A stretch of 63,237 nt of DNA, counting the filler, from Rozella allomycis CSF55 (lineage: Eukaryota): assembly GCA_000442015.1 (NCBI GenBank). It is 5 parts of 5 records of this genome, joined end to end, with 100 filler letters (N's around TTAATTAATTAA, not from the genome) between each part and the next. Parts side by side here need not be neighbours in the genome. Positions count along the whole stretch, not along the records: positions 1 to 28,810 come from KE560898.1; 4 more parts are not named here. One strand, 5' to 3'. Both the position numbers and the translations under genes were made by a program. The notes under the pieces were generated by a model. It was not told where the DNA came from and made no database searches. It saw nothing but the letters and a program-made list of their open reading frames with translations. Of the stretch, positions 1 to 14,898 are shown one piece after another (positions within the stretch are counted from its first letter, which is position 1; the number at the start of each line of letters is the position of its first letter).

Positions 1-1337
1 ACTACAACATCCACATGACCATTCTCTGACGCTTTGATAACAGCACAATTATCAACTGCGCTTGGATCTACTCTAGTATCTGCTAAAAGTATCTGAACTA
101 TTGCTGCGTAACCGTTTTGAGAAGCAAATATAATAGCAGCATTATCATAACTTTTCTGAAAATTATAATCATAATATGAATCGCTTGGGTTTACTCTTAA
201 ATCTGCCAGCAGCATTTTCACTATTTCCACGTGACCGTTTTTGGAAGCGATCCAAATAGGATAGTTATTACGTACACTTGGATCTACTCTGGGATCTGCT
301 AACAACATTTTCACTACTTCTGTGTGACCATATTCGGAAGCGTTTTCAATAGCCTCGTTGTAACCTGATGATGGGTCTATTCTAGAATCTGCTAGTAGTA
401 CTTTAACTACTGCTGTTTGACCATATCTACAAGCAAGTCTGAAAGCCCTATCGCGATTCCACCTGGAAACTTTCTGATAACAATGTTCATCTCTTGGATC
501 TCTATCGCTTGGATTCACCCTTGGATCTGATAGAAGCATTTTAACTATCTCTGTGTGACCGTTTTTGGAAGCATATTGAATGGCATAATTACTATTTGTA
601 CTTGGATCTACTCTAGGATCTGCTAGCAGCATTTTAACTATCTCTATGTGCCCATACTCAGATGCGAACCTAATGGCATTATTACTTGGATCTACTCTAG
701 GATCTGCTAGTAGCATTTTAACTATCTCTGTGTGACCGTTTTTGGAAGCATATTGAATGGCAGAATTATTATGTCTACTTGGATTTACTCTAGAATCTTC
801 TAGCAGCATTCTAACTATCTCTGTGTGGCCATATTCAGAAGCGGACCTAATGGCATAATCATTTTGTGCACTTGGATCTACTCTAGAATCTGCAAGCAGC
901 ATTCTAACTATGTCAGTGTGGCCATTTTTTGAAGCGACCTGAATAGCAGTATTTCTATCTGCACTTGCATTAACTCTGGAATCTGCTAGTAACATTTTAA
1001 CGATAGTGGTGTGACCATATTCGGAAGCGGTCCGAACAGCATAATTGTCATTTGCACTTGGATCTACTCTTAAATTCTCTAACGATATTTTAACCATTGT
1101 TCGCCTGTTGATTTCACAAAGTCTCTCACTGAGATCAACTGTTGATTCAGCCAAAAGGTGTTTAATTGACTCATTATGTGCTTCATCTGACGCATTTATA
1201 AACGCATATTTATCCTTTGAGAAATATTTTGATTCAACACTGGGGATGGACTTTACGAAGCTAGTGCTACCATAGCAAATCATACTTTCAACAATTTCAG
1301 TAAAGCCAAATTGACATGCGAACTGAAAAGAAAAGTC
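1..1337 (-). CDS. Ankyrin-repeat array (second copy/continuation of the F-box-ankyrin gene; runs off window start)
   Basis: Manual translation gives an open frame with about ten repeats of RV(D/N)PSxxxNxAIxxASxxGHxxIVKMLLxD; first ~500 nt duplicate 1339-1857 with substitutions. Confidence 0.8.
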
Positions 1338-1338
1338 N

Positions 1339-2160
1339 GGCGTGGCCATACTCAGAAGCGTATTGAATGGCATAATCGTTTTGTACACTTGGATCTACTC
1401 TAGAATCTGCTAGCAGCATTCTAACTATGTCAGTGTGGCCATTCTCAGAAGCCAACTGAATAGCAGTATTACTATCTGCACTTGCATTAACTCTGGAATC
1501 TGCTAGTAACATTTTAACGATAGCGGTGTGACCATACTCGGCTGCGGTCCGAACAGCATAATTGTCATTTGCACTTGGATCTACTCGTAAATTCTCCAAC
1601 AATATTTTAACCATTGTTCGCCTGTTTATTTCACAAAGTCTTTCACTGAAATCAACTGTTGATTCAGTCAAAAGATGTTTAATTGACTCATTATGTGCTT
1701 CATCTGACGCATTTATAAACGCATACTTATCCTTTGAGAAATGCTTTGGCTCAACACTAGGGATGGACTTCACGAAGCTAGTGTTACCATAGTAAATCAT
1801 AATTTCAACAATTTCAGTAAAGCCAAATTGACATGCGAACTGAAAAGAAAAGTCAATATTTTCTTGGCAAATGTTCTTTTGTTCCAGCAAGTTTAGGAAA
1901 GAGATAAACCTATTACGCATTTCACGTTTGTTAAGAATATCCGTGCACATATCTATTGTTAAAAGTTTGTCGCATCTCTTTTTGATTATGTACTGAGTAA
2001 TATATGGGCATCCCCATGAACAAATTAATTTTGGAGCTTGATGAAGGATGAAGTTTAAGAAAAGGGAACGATGCCAACGAGAAATCCTAGAAAGTTGCTT
2101 CAAAACATTCAAACTTGATTGTGACAAAATAATAAGCCAAACTTCATGCGGGAAATCCAT
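1339..2160 (-). CDS. F-box + ankyrin-repeat protein, N-terminal part (broken at single-n join 1338)
   Basis: N-terminus MDFPHEVWLIILSQ..LKQLSRISRWHRSL is F-box-like; followed by ankyrin repeats of the type RVDPSANDNYAVRTAAEYGHTAIVKMLLADS; intronless. Confidence 0.8.
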
Positions 2161-2645
2161 TTTCTAAAGTGGCTTTTGCGGTATGTCAGGTATAATACCT
2201 AGAAACCTCCTTTCTCTCTACATTTTCTATATTTTAAATATGTTTTTTAAAGTAGAAGAAGGGGAAACCATTCGTCAAAATCTTAACTAACCAAACCGCC
2301 CTGAAAAATTCAAAGAATTCAAGCTTTAAAAACTGCATCCATTGGAAATGAACAGGGGATTTCAAGATAAAGCCAGCTTCCTTTCCCGGGCAATTACTCC
2401 ACCCGATACGTATTTTTTTTAATTTGTTTCTTCATTTTCGCTTAAATCCCTTTTTATTCTACCATTTTCGCTAACGATATTTACTCCACATTTACGAAGC
2501 AAAAGATAAACCACAAAAATGCCACCGTGTCTTAATTGTCCACATTTATTATAATATTAAGTCAAAACCGTTGTACCTAAGCAATAACCCCGGTTTCTCC
2601 CTATATAGAAAATTCATCAATTAACTATACCCTGGCTATTGAGTG

Positions 2646-3095
2646 ATGGGGCATTTCAGGCGAGCTTCTTCGTTTGTACGACCTACTCGAAACTTTTTCA
2701 AAAACTTTAAGCCAACATCAAGAAACTTTGTATGCCTAGGGGAGCAGATACCTAATTCAATTGTGTTCAAATCAATGCAAAAAACAGGTATTTTGCCAAC
2801 AAGAGTTGGTTCATCCGCTCTGACAGAAGCAAAGGTAAATATATACATTTCCGTTTAGCAGGAAGCGTTAAAATCAGCCAGTAATTAAATTATTAGCTGA
2901 ATTTATAGCATCGTGTGGAATGGACTTGCCACCTTCTTTATTGGCCAGGATATTGTCCCTACACCGTACCAACAGGATAAATTTAACACTAAAGTAGATA
3001 TGCCAATATTTTCAATATTATCCAGTATTTTAAGAGGAGTATTTATGATAACACAAGAATGGAAACCTCATTTTAGAAACAAAGTCCTGCAGTAA
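2646..3095 (+). CDS. Hypothetical spliced protein (~120 aa)
   Basis: Three short phase-consistent GT-AG introns join the 2643 and 2913 ORFs into one frame ending ..HFRNKVLQ*; no domain recognised. Confidence 0.4.
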
Positions 3096-3142
3096 GTTTA
3101 CCATGAATTGAATTTATTCAATTGTGTATAAGCTTAATAAAA

Positions 3143-3492
3143 CTAAAAACTTTCTCGGAGCTTTCTTATTATTTCTTCCTCTCTTTCTTCTTCTTCTAGA
3201 TCTGCAAATCCAAGTCGAGCCATATCTTCCTTATCCATTAAATCGCTATAAGGTTTAACTCATACAATTACTTGTCCATTCGACATTTTAAATAATCTCG
3301 CATGCCTCTTCTACAAAGAATAGAATGATCAAAGTTCTTGGACAAGCAAGCCATATAGTTCTCAAAGTAGTCTTTGCATAATCCTTAATTATTCATCAAA
3401 TTACGTGAAGTACCTTGAGTATCTAAAGGAAAGCTACCTCTTATAGGAGCTTTCACGAGAGTGGAAATGTTATAGGCTCCTGGCGATGGCAT
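3143..3492 (-). CDS. COX19: Cytochrome c oxidase assembly protein COX19 (twin CX9C)
   Basis: Spliced translation (2 short introns): MPSPGAYNISTLVKAPIRGSFPLDTQGLCKDYFENYMACL...CRRGMRDYLKCRMDNDLMDKEDMARLGF; GSFPLD motif and twin CX9C; absent from ORF track. Confidence 0.9.
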
Positions 3493-3534
3493 TTACAAAG
3501 AAATTTCCAAAAATATTTAAAGTAAAATGATAAT

Positions 3535-4586
3535 TTATTCAAGAGCAGCTAAACGGGCTTTGAATGATTCTTTCTTTTGACGGACACGATCTCTACGTTG
3601 AGCAAGGTTCATCTTTGGTTGACGGCGGTACATATCTTTCTTAGCGACAACCTTCTTTTCAGTTGGTTGGTATGATGGATCAGCACGAATCGCTTCATGA
3701 GCATTTTGATACATTTCTTCAACGGCATCAGCTTCAATTCCAAGTTCAATGTATTTAGAAAATTGGATCTTATAACGCTCTTCGTCTTCTTCTTGAAGAT
3801 ATTCCATATATTCAGAAACATGTCCACCATAGATGTAGTTTCTGAGAGTTTCAGCATCCAAAGTCTTGCTAGATGAGTCATATCCTGGAAATCTCTTTTC
3901 GCTGTGTGGAATAAAGATACCACCATCAGCAGCTCCCTTCATAGCACCAAAGACACGAGCACCAGTTGAAGTTCTTCTAAGACCAACATCGAGATATGCT
4001 TTGAATGGTCTTGGACCATCTTCAATAGCTTCAACATTGAAAATTTCACCATCAGCTTCGGTTTGACCTTCATATTTAGAAGCCAAGTTAAACTTGGTCA
4101 AAACACGGCGAGCAAGTAAAAGACCGACACAGTAAGCAGCAGCGTAATTGGTCAAACCAACTTGAACTCCATATCTTGGAAGTTCGTGGGCATAAGCAGA
4201 TGCAATGACAACATCTCCTTGGATTCTTGCATAGACCATTTGACAGATGATGTCTTTGTTAGTAAAACGGACAACCATTCTGTATTTTGGTGAGTTATAC
4301 TTGTTCTTGTCTTGGATGATAAGACGTTTTCTTGCATAGTAGTCGGTCTTTCCCTCTAATATTAGAAACGAACTTTTAAAGTAAATAATAATGGTATTTG
4401 TGTCAGATAGGAGCGAAAGACTAAATTAGCAATGGTCATCACATGTATCAGATGAACTATGCCAAATGAATCATCACTACACAAAAGAAAGGAGGATTGT
4501 TAAATATACTTACCTCTACGACGACGATATTTGGTTTGGAAACGCTTGAAATAAGCTTTGTTTTTGATTTCTTTGACGAAAGGCAT
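3535..4586 (-). CDS. RPL5: 60S ribosomal protein L5 (uL18)
   Basis: Exon1 [23 protein letters not shown], intron 4356-4513, exon2 [12 protein letters not shown]...[18 protein letters not shown]. Confidence 0.98.
4397..4485 (-). ncRNA. Intronic box C/D snoRNA, snR60/U80(SNORD80)/Z15-like
   Basis: Minus strand: box C GTGATGA (4471-4477), guide GGCATAGTTCA + D' CTGA, C' GTGATGA (4436-4442), guide AGTCTTTCGCTCCTAT + box D CTGA (4403-4406), terminal stem TTTGTG/CACAAA; guides complement conserved LSU rRNA TGAACTATGCC and ATAGGGGCGAAAGACT. Confidence 0.88.
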
Positions 4587-4771
4587 TATAGACCAGGGTA
4601 AGTGAAGAAAAATTCTCTTTTGAATTTGTGTTCCAGAAATTTCCTATTTTGAACAAAACGATCCATGAAGATAGAAAGTTGTCATTTTAAAAGACTACAT
4701 CGCAATTTGATAATGTTAAAAGTACTGTGTTGAAAAATAAATGTAAATACATATTTGGAATTTTCAATTTA

Positions 4772-6436
4772 ATGAATAGATGGACATCTCTTGAATTCAT
4801 TGTGTATTACATTATCGTTTCGTTCGCCATTGTATCTTCCGCATTTATTTCATGGAACATGTCCGATTCAAACACCTCGTATTATTACAAGTATAAGGGA
4901 CGGCTATCTACTGGCTGGCTATTTAATAGACCTGTTGACAATTCAGACAAGCAATATGCAGGATTCAGAAACAATTTAATGGCATTGACGCTTCTCTTTA
5001 CGCTTTTTTCCCTTTCTTCTGTAATGTTCAAAAATACCAAAAGGAACACCTTTTACTTGTTCGTATCTGGAATCTTTTTATTCATTTTGCATGAATTTGG
5101 AGCGGCCATGATCTTGTTACTTGTTTCCATCAATTACATTATTGCAAAAAAGTTTAATCGTACAAAGTTTAATCCCGCTCTTACGTGGATTTTAAATATA
5201 CTTTACCTATGTTTAATGGAATATGCTGAAAACATTCTAGTGCCAAGATTTTCAGTAATTTAATGCTGAAATAGATTATAGGTTGGACTTCCACTTGTAG
5301 GTTCAGTGAGACGTTGGCCAGTCTACTTTAAAGTGACATTGCTACGAATGATTAGTTTTAATATTGATTACTACAAATCATTCAGTATAATGAAAGATGA
5401 ATCAAAAGAATGTAATTTTGCTGAATTGACATTACAAGTGAATTTGTCCAGTGAGCGAGGTCGATCTGAAAAATGGCATTCAAATGAAGAATACAGCTTT
5501 AAAAACTATTTAATATATTTATTCTATCCTCCGCTATACTTGGCAGGCCCAATTGTTACTTTTAACAATTTTCAATACCAAGTATTGATTATAAATGAAA
5601 TAAATTAGATAAACCTTCCCAAGCCAATTACAAATGCAAAGGATACGATGATATACGGAGTGCGTTGGATCATATCTTGGTTCTGTATGGAGTGCCTCAT
5701 GCACTCATTCCATGTAGTAGCCATCAAAGATGCAAAGGCCTGGACAACACTGAACGCATACGAATTAGCAAGTGTCGGTTTCTGGAATCTTATTTCGATC
5801 TGGCTAAAGTTGCTGATAATATGGCGATTCCATCGTTTCTGGGCCCTAGTTGACGGAATCGAGGCGCCAGAGAATATGATGCGGTGCATGTGCAACAATT
5901 ACTCGGCGCAGGGATTCTGGAGATCATGGCATAGATCATTTAATCAGTGGATAATCAGATATCTGTATATTCCGCTGGGTGGAAGTCGGACGGCGTTGTA
6001 TAATATTTGGATAGTGTTCACATTTGTGGCCCTGTGGCATGACTTTTCTGTTAGGATGATTGCGTGGGGATGGTTGATTAGTTTGTTTATTTTGCCGGAA
6101 ATTGTTGCTGGATGGGTTGATAAAAGGTTTAGAGTAATTGTTGTTGAGACTTGTGTTGTAGTTGGAACGGTTAAAGTATTATAGAAATCTTTGTGCGGTT
6201 GGCGGGGCAGTCAATGTTTTTACGATGATGTCTGGAAATCTAGTTGGCTTTGCGTTGGGATTAGATGGAATGAAGTACTTGATAGAGCAAATATCCAAAA
6301 CTAATGGTATTTAGATTTATGTTATTTGAAAGGTCTTGTCTTTTTAATTTTATTTGTGGTATTCTACAGTGCAGTCCAAATAATGATTGAAATTAGAGAG
6401 TATGAAAAAAGTATAGGCATAAACAACAAATTCTAA
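4772..6436 (+). CDS. GUP1: GUP1/HHATL-type MBOAT O-acyltransferase (multi-exon)
   Basis: D.QYAGFRNN, LRMISFNIDY, YLFYPPLYLAGPIVTFNNF, APENMMRCMCNNYS..GFWRSWHRSFNQWIIRYLYIPLGG, FVALWHD. Confidence 0.92.
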
Positions 6437-6519
6437 ATAAAATGTTATAAAGTAGTAAATTTTTTTAAAATAGCAAATTCTAAATAAAAATAAATTCGAA
6501 AGTATAAAATTGTTGTTTA

Positions 6520-9031
<2,512 letters not shown>

Positions 9032-9095
9032 TTTTTAATAAACTTTTTTCAAACCAAGAAATTTCTCCTTGACCCCAAACCCTGACAACCCGATC

Positions 9096-9871
9096 ATGCT
9101 CAAAAGATATGAACTTTTGATCCGCCAACAGCCACAAAGAGCGAGAATCCAAGGACTAGGAAACAAGGACCGTCGTCAATTAGATCCACCTCCTATCCTG
9201 CAACTTTTTATTGCCGCAGAAAATGGTACCTTTTTACCAGAGTAAACTAAATTTATTCAATAATTTTAGCGGCGAAATCTCTACTCATCTCGCCTGTCAC
9301 GCTACTCTCGTCGACCAACTCTCACTGCAACCGATAAGCACCGTCGAAAATAACGCCTCGATGCAGCACATGCTGATCGGATCATTGTCTGTATCGCCCA
9401 TTCATGCAATAGACCCCCTGCCGTCTTCTTACTCTATTAAACATCCAAATACTGTCGTAAACGTTAATCAGCACAACCAATACTCACCCTCGACTTCTCC
9501 TTGTATCACTCTGAATGCGGATGCTCAGGAGACCCAGAACGCACCAGTGCCGGGAATATTTTTCATTTTTTCAGATCTGTCAGTCAGAGTAGAAGGCTTA
9601 TATCGCTTAAAATTCACTCTCTATGATCTAAACAAGTAAGGGCCCCTGATTGACATAACGCAGTCCAAACGTTCATGAACCAAGCACGGCTCTTTGTACT
9701 ATATTTTCAGACGTTTTTACTGTCTACCCTGCGAAAAAGTTCCCTGGAATGTCAGAGTCAACCCTGCTTTCCAAAGCCTTGTCGAAACAGGGTCACAAAA
9801 TTCCAATTAGGCACGAGGCTAGAAATAAGAAAACAAGCGTGAATACGGAAGAAACCACTGAAGAAGAATAA
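9096..9871 (+). CDS. Velvet-domain transcription factor (VelB/VosA-like)
   Basis: Spliced: YELLIRQQPQRARIQGLGNKDRRQLDPPPILQL ... FFIFSDLSVRVEGLYRLKFTLYD ... SDVFTVYPAKKFPGMSESTLLSKALSKQGHKIPIR. Confidence 0.92.
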
Positions 9872-10212
9872 ACTTGTGTTATATATTGTTATATTTATTT
9901 TTTGGTTACTAAGAGAATCTATGGTATCACCCGTTTCCCGGTTTGTGGTAAACTGGCACCAAATATCCATATTAAATATATAAATAAAATGCAATCTTTA
10001 AAATAAACATGTATTGGAAAACCTATACCCATAGTTCAGTGATCGATACATCCTAGCATCTCAATGCTGATGACAATGGTCCTTACTGGATTCTATAACA
10101 AACAAATTATGCCTTATAAAGTAAAATACAGTATTATACTATTAAAAGTAAAGTAATAATAACCAAATTCTTAGCAATAAAATAGGCATTGAAAAAATTC
10201 AAAAGCAAAAAG

Positions 10213-10297
10213 TCCGTCCACCCGGAATTGAACCAGGGACATCATGATAACAGCTGATCTCTACAGTCACGCGCTCTACCAACTGAGCTATGGACGG
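10213..10297 (-). tRNA. tRNA-Tyr(GTA) with 12-nt intron (10249-10260)
   Basis: CCGTCCA/TGGACGG acceptor stem, D arm TAGCTCAGTTGGTAGAGC, anticodon GTA, intron after position 37, GGTTCAATTCC T arm, downstream T-run. Confidence 0.93.
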
Positions 10298-10344
10298 ATA
10301 TATCTTCAACTCTGAAAAACAATAATAAATATTTTTCCAAAATG

Positions 10345-11960
10345 CTATTTATTTAACAAATCAAATAATTTTTTTAATATTTCAAATCCATTATCACGAA
10401 TTCCAGAATGCAAATATTCATTTGTAATCCATGGTTTGATTGATCGAATACACTTCACAGTTTGCATACAAAGGTTGAAATCTACGTACATGTCGTCGTA
10501 GTATATTGCGGCAGAACAATTCGTCTGGGTAGAGGCTAAAACATCAGGCAAATATAGAATCTTCCAGTCCTTCTTCTCTGCCAATATTTGTGCAGTTTCT
10601 CCTAATGAACGAAGTTGTGCATAGTCTTCAAACATCCAAGGAAATATCATTTCACCTATGTGAAAATATGAAAATAGTTACCAAAGAATAGGAGCTTTTT
10701 TGTCTCGTCCAATTTAAATTCAAATGTATCTTTAAAGTACCTTTCATACACTCTTTGGGCCGACCACGATGATGATCTATTCTGACAGTATATCGATTCA
10801 TGCAGTAATGCATACAACGGGTTTGTTTCATATGGTAGCATATTTTGTATACTATTAAGAAATTTATATGATAATTTTCTTATAGGATTCAACTTTTCCG
10901 AAGGAAGACTATCACTAACTATTGGACAGTCTACAAATGCTCCTTGGATCAAATAGTGTAGCTGCTCGAACCCGGACTCTGCTCCTAGAAATAGGCCCAA
11001 TTGTTGGAACCTCCTCACAGTCAGATGACCGCCGTTGGGTAAATTGACGTAGTGGTTGTGTGATAGATATCTAGCAATCTCAAGAACTTTTTCAACATCA
11101 TCGGGATATCTCGAATAGTATCGGTTATTCATTTCAATGACTCTTGGAAAAAGAACCTGATATACAGGATCAGGCTCCAAAGCTAGAGGAGGAATACCGC
11201 CTGTAAAATATGCTTCTTCAATTGAATCAGGGCTAATTAAAAATGAAATTTAAGATTACTAATAACTTAAATAATGGGTCAAACAAAAGCCCCCAAAAGA
11301 CTGTCCCAAAGCCTTCCACTTTTTATCCTCTGTATCTTTCAATTAATCTTATTACTTAGGAGCAAGCGTCTAATTCCCTCCGAGTCTGCCACGATACTTT
11401 CGGTTCTGAATTTTGATACATAGTCCGCCTTTAGTGCAGACGTGTCAAAAAATGATAAAGTCTGTGCCGTAACCGGTGAGCTTAGTCCAGTTCCTCTGTT
11501 GTCATCATCTAACAAAGTTACCTTTGATCTAATAAAAGGACTTGATGTTCTAGTAACGCGGCTTTCATCCATCCAATATTTCTGATTACAGATGGGGACA
11601 CCTCAAATCCAGGGCCACCTTGAAAATATATCAAGAAGGGAAGTTCATCAAGCTTTCCGGCATTATGATTATGTACGATGTGTCTTGCAAAGATCTTAAT
11701 AAAACCCGGTGGTACAAAATTTAGTGCTGTATTTTTAAGGTCCGTTTCTATGCATTCTGTTTGTTTATAGAACTTTATCTCGGTGAGCTTGCATTAAGAA
11801 TATATAATTTGGATACATCTTTTTTGTCATAATCTAATGGGACTACAAAATATATATCTCGAACTATAAGGGACGGTAGCTTGTGAATGCCTGAAGATAT
11901 TCTGTCAAGAAATGATTCCATCGTTTCAGCCATGACAACGAAGTCTATTTTGGGATGCAT
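10345..11960 (-). CDS. Proline iminopeptidase (alpha/beta hydrolase), multi-exon; start may be the ATG near 11933
   Basis: VPLDY, FQGGPGFE, RGTGLSSPVT, GQSFGGF nucleophile elbow, NPLYALLHESIYC, AAIYYDDMYVD, WITNEYLHSGIR. Confidence 0.9.
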
Positions 11961-12040
11961 AAATTAGACTTCGTGGGTATCAAAAATTGACATTCTGATG
12001 ATTGATTATGTCATATCGCTATTAATTTGCATGTTGTTCC

Positions 12041-12857
12041 ATGAAACGTATGAAGAATTTTCTCATTGTTCTTTTAATTATCTCAACAGGTAAATTAACA
12101 TATATGATTACTAGATGAAATCCTCTGTTGGTGGAATCGCAAGGCTAAGAACGATTTCTCAGAAAGAAACACGCACATAACCTGGCTCGCTGATGGCACG
12201 AACTTGCCAAAAGAATCTATTCAAGTCACGGCCAATGATCTTCCTGTACGATGGAGTCCTTTGAGATGGATAAAACAAAAGTTTTTAAGAAGAGTGGACT
12301 CTGTAGTTCATGTAGATCCTAAATCAAGATTTACTGAAGGCATTAGTATAATCGAAAGGATTACCATTTTTGAGGATCCTCATACCGGTGATCCGATTGA
12401 ATTGGTAGAAAGATTTACAAATGAAGAAAATGATCCAGAAATCGACCAAGTATCTAATTTCTTCCAGGAAGTCAATATAATTGAACGTATAACAGTGTAT
12501 GAAGATCCGGTAACTGGTGAATCCGTCGGCGTCGTGGAGGTATTTGACGAAGGAATTGCGTTTGATGCTAGCGAATCCGAGTACAAGAAATCCATTCCTC
12601 ACATTTCACACGAATTGAAAGATGTCAGTAAAAGAAAATCTAAGAAAAGTCGAAAAAACAAAGAAAACGATAAATTGATTAGCAAAGGAAATGTGTACTT
12701 TGGATGTGAAAATGAACATTCACCAGTGTCGAAATCTGATAATGATAAGCATGATAATTTTTCAGACAGGAGCTATCATTATTGGAGTTACAATAGAGGA
12801 CCTGAAGCTAAGAAAGTTGAAGAACGCTTTCGTCATAATTGGCAAAGGGTATTATGA
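12041..12857 (+). CDS. Orphan, probably secreted protein with an internal two-copy repeat
   Basis: Exon1 MKRMKNFLIVLLIIST splices in frame via a ~25-nt intron to ORF 12204; repeat IIERIT(I/V)(F/Y)EDPxTGxxxxxVE. Confidence 0.6.
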
Positions 12858-13001
12858 GTAGCTTAATAGTTAACTTGCAGCTTAATAAATTAAATTATCA
12901 TGGCTTATTTATTTATATACATGAATTGGTTTTTTTATCGAATCGGCTAATCTTTCAAAAGGTGTTTCTGATAAGCCATTGAAAATTCGAATTCACGATT
13001 T

Positions 13002-14815
13002 ATGAAAAACAGGTTGATTTATCGAAAGCTGGATCCTTTTATCAGCACAAAGTCTAGTTGCATAATATGCGATGAAAAATCCTCAAACTGGGCAGTGGGT
13101 GAGTGTAATCATCCTGTTTGTTATATATGTTCGGTTAGACTAAGAGTCCTTTACGACAACAAGGCTTGCGCGATGTGTAAAGTAATAAATATGAATGTTT
13201 TGAATCAGACAAATTTAAGTACTGTCGTTGTCACCAAAAACCACGATAATCAGTTCACGGACCAGCCAATGAATGATTTAAAATGGAATTCAAAGGTGTG
13301 CATGCATTTTGAAGACTCTAAAATATCCAAACACGTTGATTATTTATTGAAGATTAATTGTCCGCATGACAGATGTTCGTATGTAGCGGAATCGAAGAAT
13401 GACTTGCATCGTCACGTGAGAAAAGACCATGATCTATTTATGTGGTAAGTTAAACAATAAAATATAAACAGTGAAATATGTTTAGAGCATAAAAAGGTGT
13501 TTAGTTTGGAGCATCCTTTAATGTTCAAGAGAGATTGGATAAAGCACAAAGTTTCTGGTGATGAAACATTTAAGGGACATCCTGAGTGTAAATTTTGCTC
13601 TATTAATTTTTACTCGAACGATGAATTGTACGATCATTGCAAAAAGAACCACGAAGAATGCCATTTATGTATTCGACAAGGAATACATCACAATTACTAT
13701 CGAAACTACCAAGAGTTAGAAAATCATTTTCATGCCGATCATTTTCCATGCACTGAAAGAAGTTGCCTTGAAAAGAAATTTGTGGTTTTTGCTAATGATA
13801 TTGATTTGAAGGCTCACATGGTTGAGGCGCATCCAGCTCAAAATAAAATGCAGAGGGCTCAAATGAAAGCATCTATGAGGGTAGATCTTGGTTTTGATTA
13901 TGGAAGGCCAAGATCTAGACCTACTTCAGCGAATGAAGGGCGGCGTTCTTCTCCAGTTGGTTCCGTACCGTTACCACTACCAACGACTTCCAGAGAAGCT
14001 AACAATGCAAATTCTAACAATTTGTCGACTTCGTTGCAAGAATTGACTGAGAATGTTGAGAGAGTTCGCGTTGAAGACGAAACGATAAAGAAGAACAAAT
14101 TGCTAATAGAGAAAATTAAAACTTCCTTAGGAAACAATGAAATCAAATATAAGAAATTTAAAACAATATCTTCTGGATACCTTAAAAGTGAAATTAACGC
14201 GTTAAATTATATTTCTGCTTATTTTTCAATTTTAGGACAAGAAAGGGGAATGGAAATTTTCCCACTTTTATTAGAAACTCGCAAAAGCGCGAAGCTTTAA
14301 AACGTGAATCTGAAAAATATTTAAAGAAAATGGATGAATTTCCAACGTTGCCCACTAATGTCAAAAAGGGGCCTCAAACCCCGACAGCTAAAGTTTTGGT
14401 AATAAAAGAAAAACCGGTAATTAATTTTTTAAAGCTTAAAAAGAATCTAAAAAGCACAAAACAGTTTCCGTCTCTTCCCGTACAAAATGAAAAGTCTAAG
14501 AATAAGAAGAAAGTTACTCAGTTTATTACCGATAGCGTTCAAAATCAGTCATTCACAGAAGCATTCACCAAAGATTATTCAAGTAGAATTGATGACTCTC
14601 TCCAAAATCTATCAAATAGACATTCTCAACCAATACAACAACCGCAAGCAAATTCCTCCTTAAATTCCATAGACTGGTTTTTTAAAAACAATGAAGATGG
14701 GAGCGGCGAAACTTTTACATTGGGAACCTCAAATGAAGAACAACAGGCCAATGAAGCTGGCCCATCTAATTCTCGCAAAAAGTCTAAAAAGAAATTATTA
14801 CTGAGATATGGATAA
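13002..14815 (+). CDS. HEL2: RING/C2H2 E3 ligase HEL2/ZNF598 (multi-exon; apparent frameshift near 14280)
   Basis: CIIC..AVGECNHPVCYICSVRLRVLY..CAMCK RING; FKGHPECKFC; CLEKKFVVFANDIDLKAH; DEFPTL motif. Confidence 0.88.
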
Positions 14816-14898
14816 TTAATTTAAAATAGTTCAATAAACAAAATCATTTTTACGCTTCCTTTTTTAATCATTTTCAAAGTTATACGACCCCGGTCTAA

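Noticed and set aside
1045..1792. Twin 76-aa plus-strand ORFs (1045-1275, 1562-1792)
   Set aside because: Antisense shadows of the duplicated ankyrin gene
14270..14330. Frame change inside HEL2 without a GT-AG intron (possible programmed frameshift)
   Set aside because: No convincing slippery site or structure; a small assembly deletion is more parsimonious; needs reads
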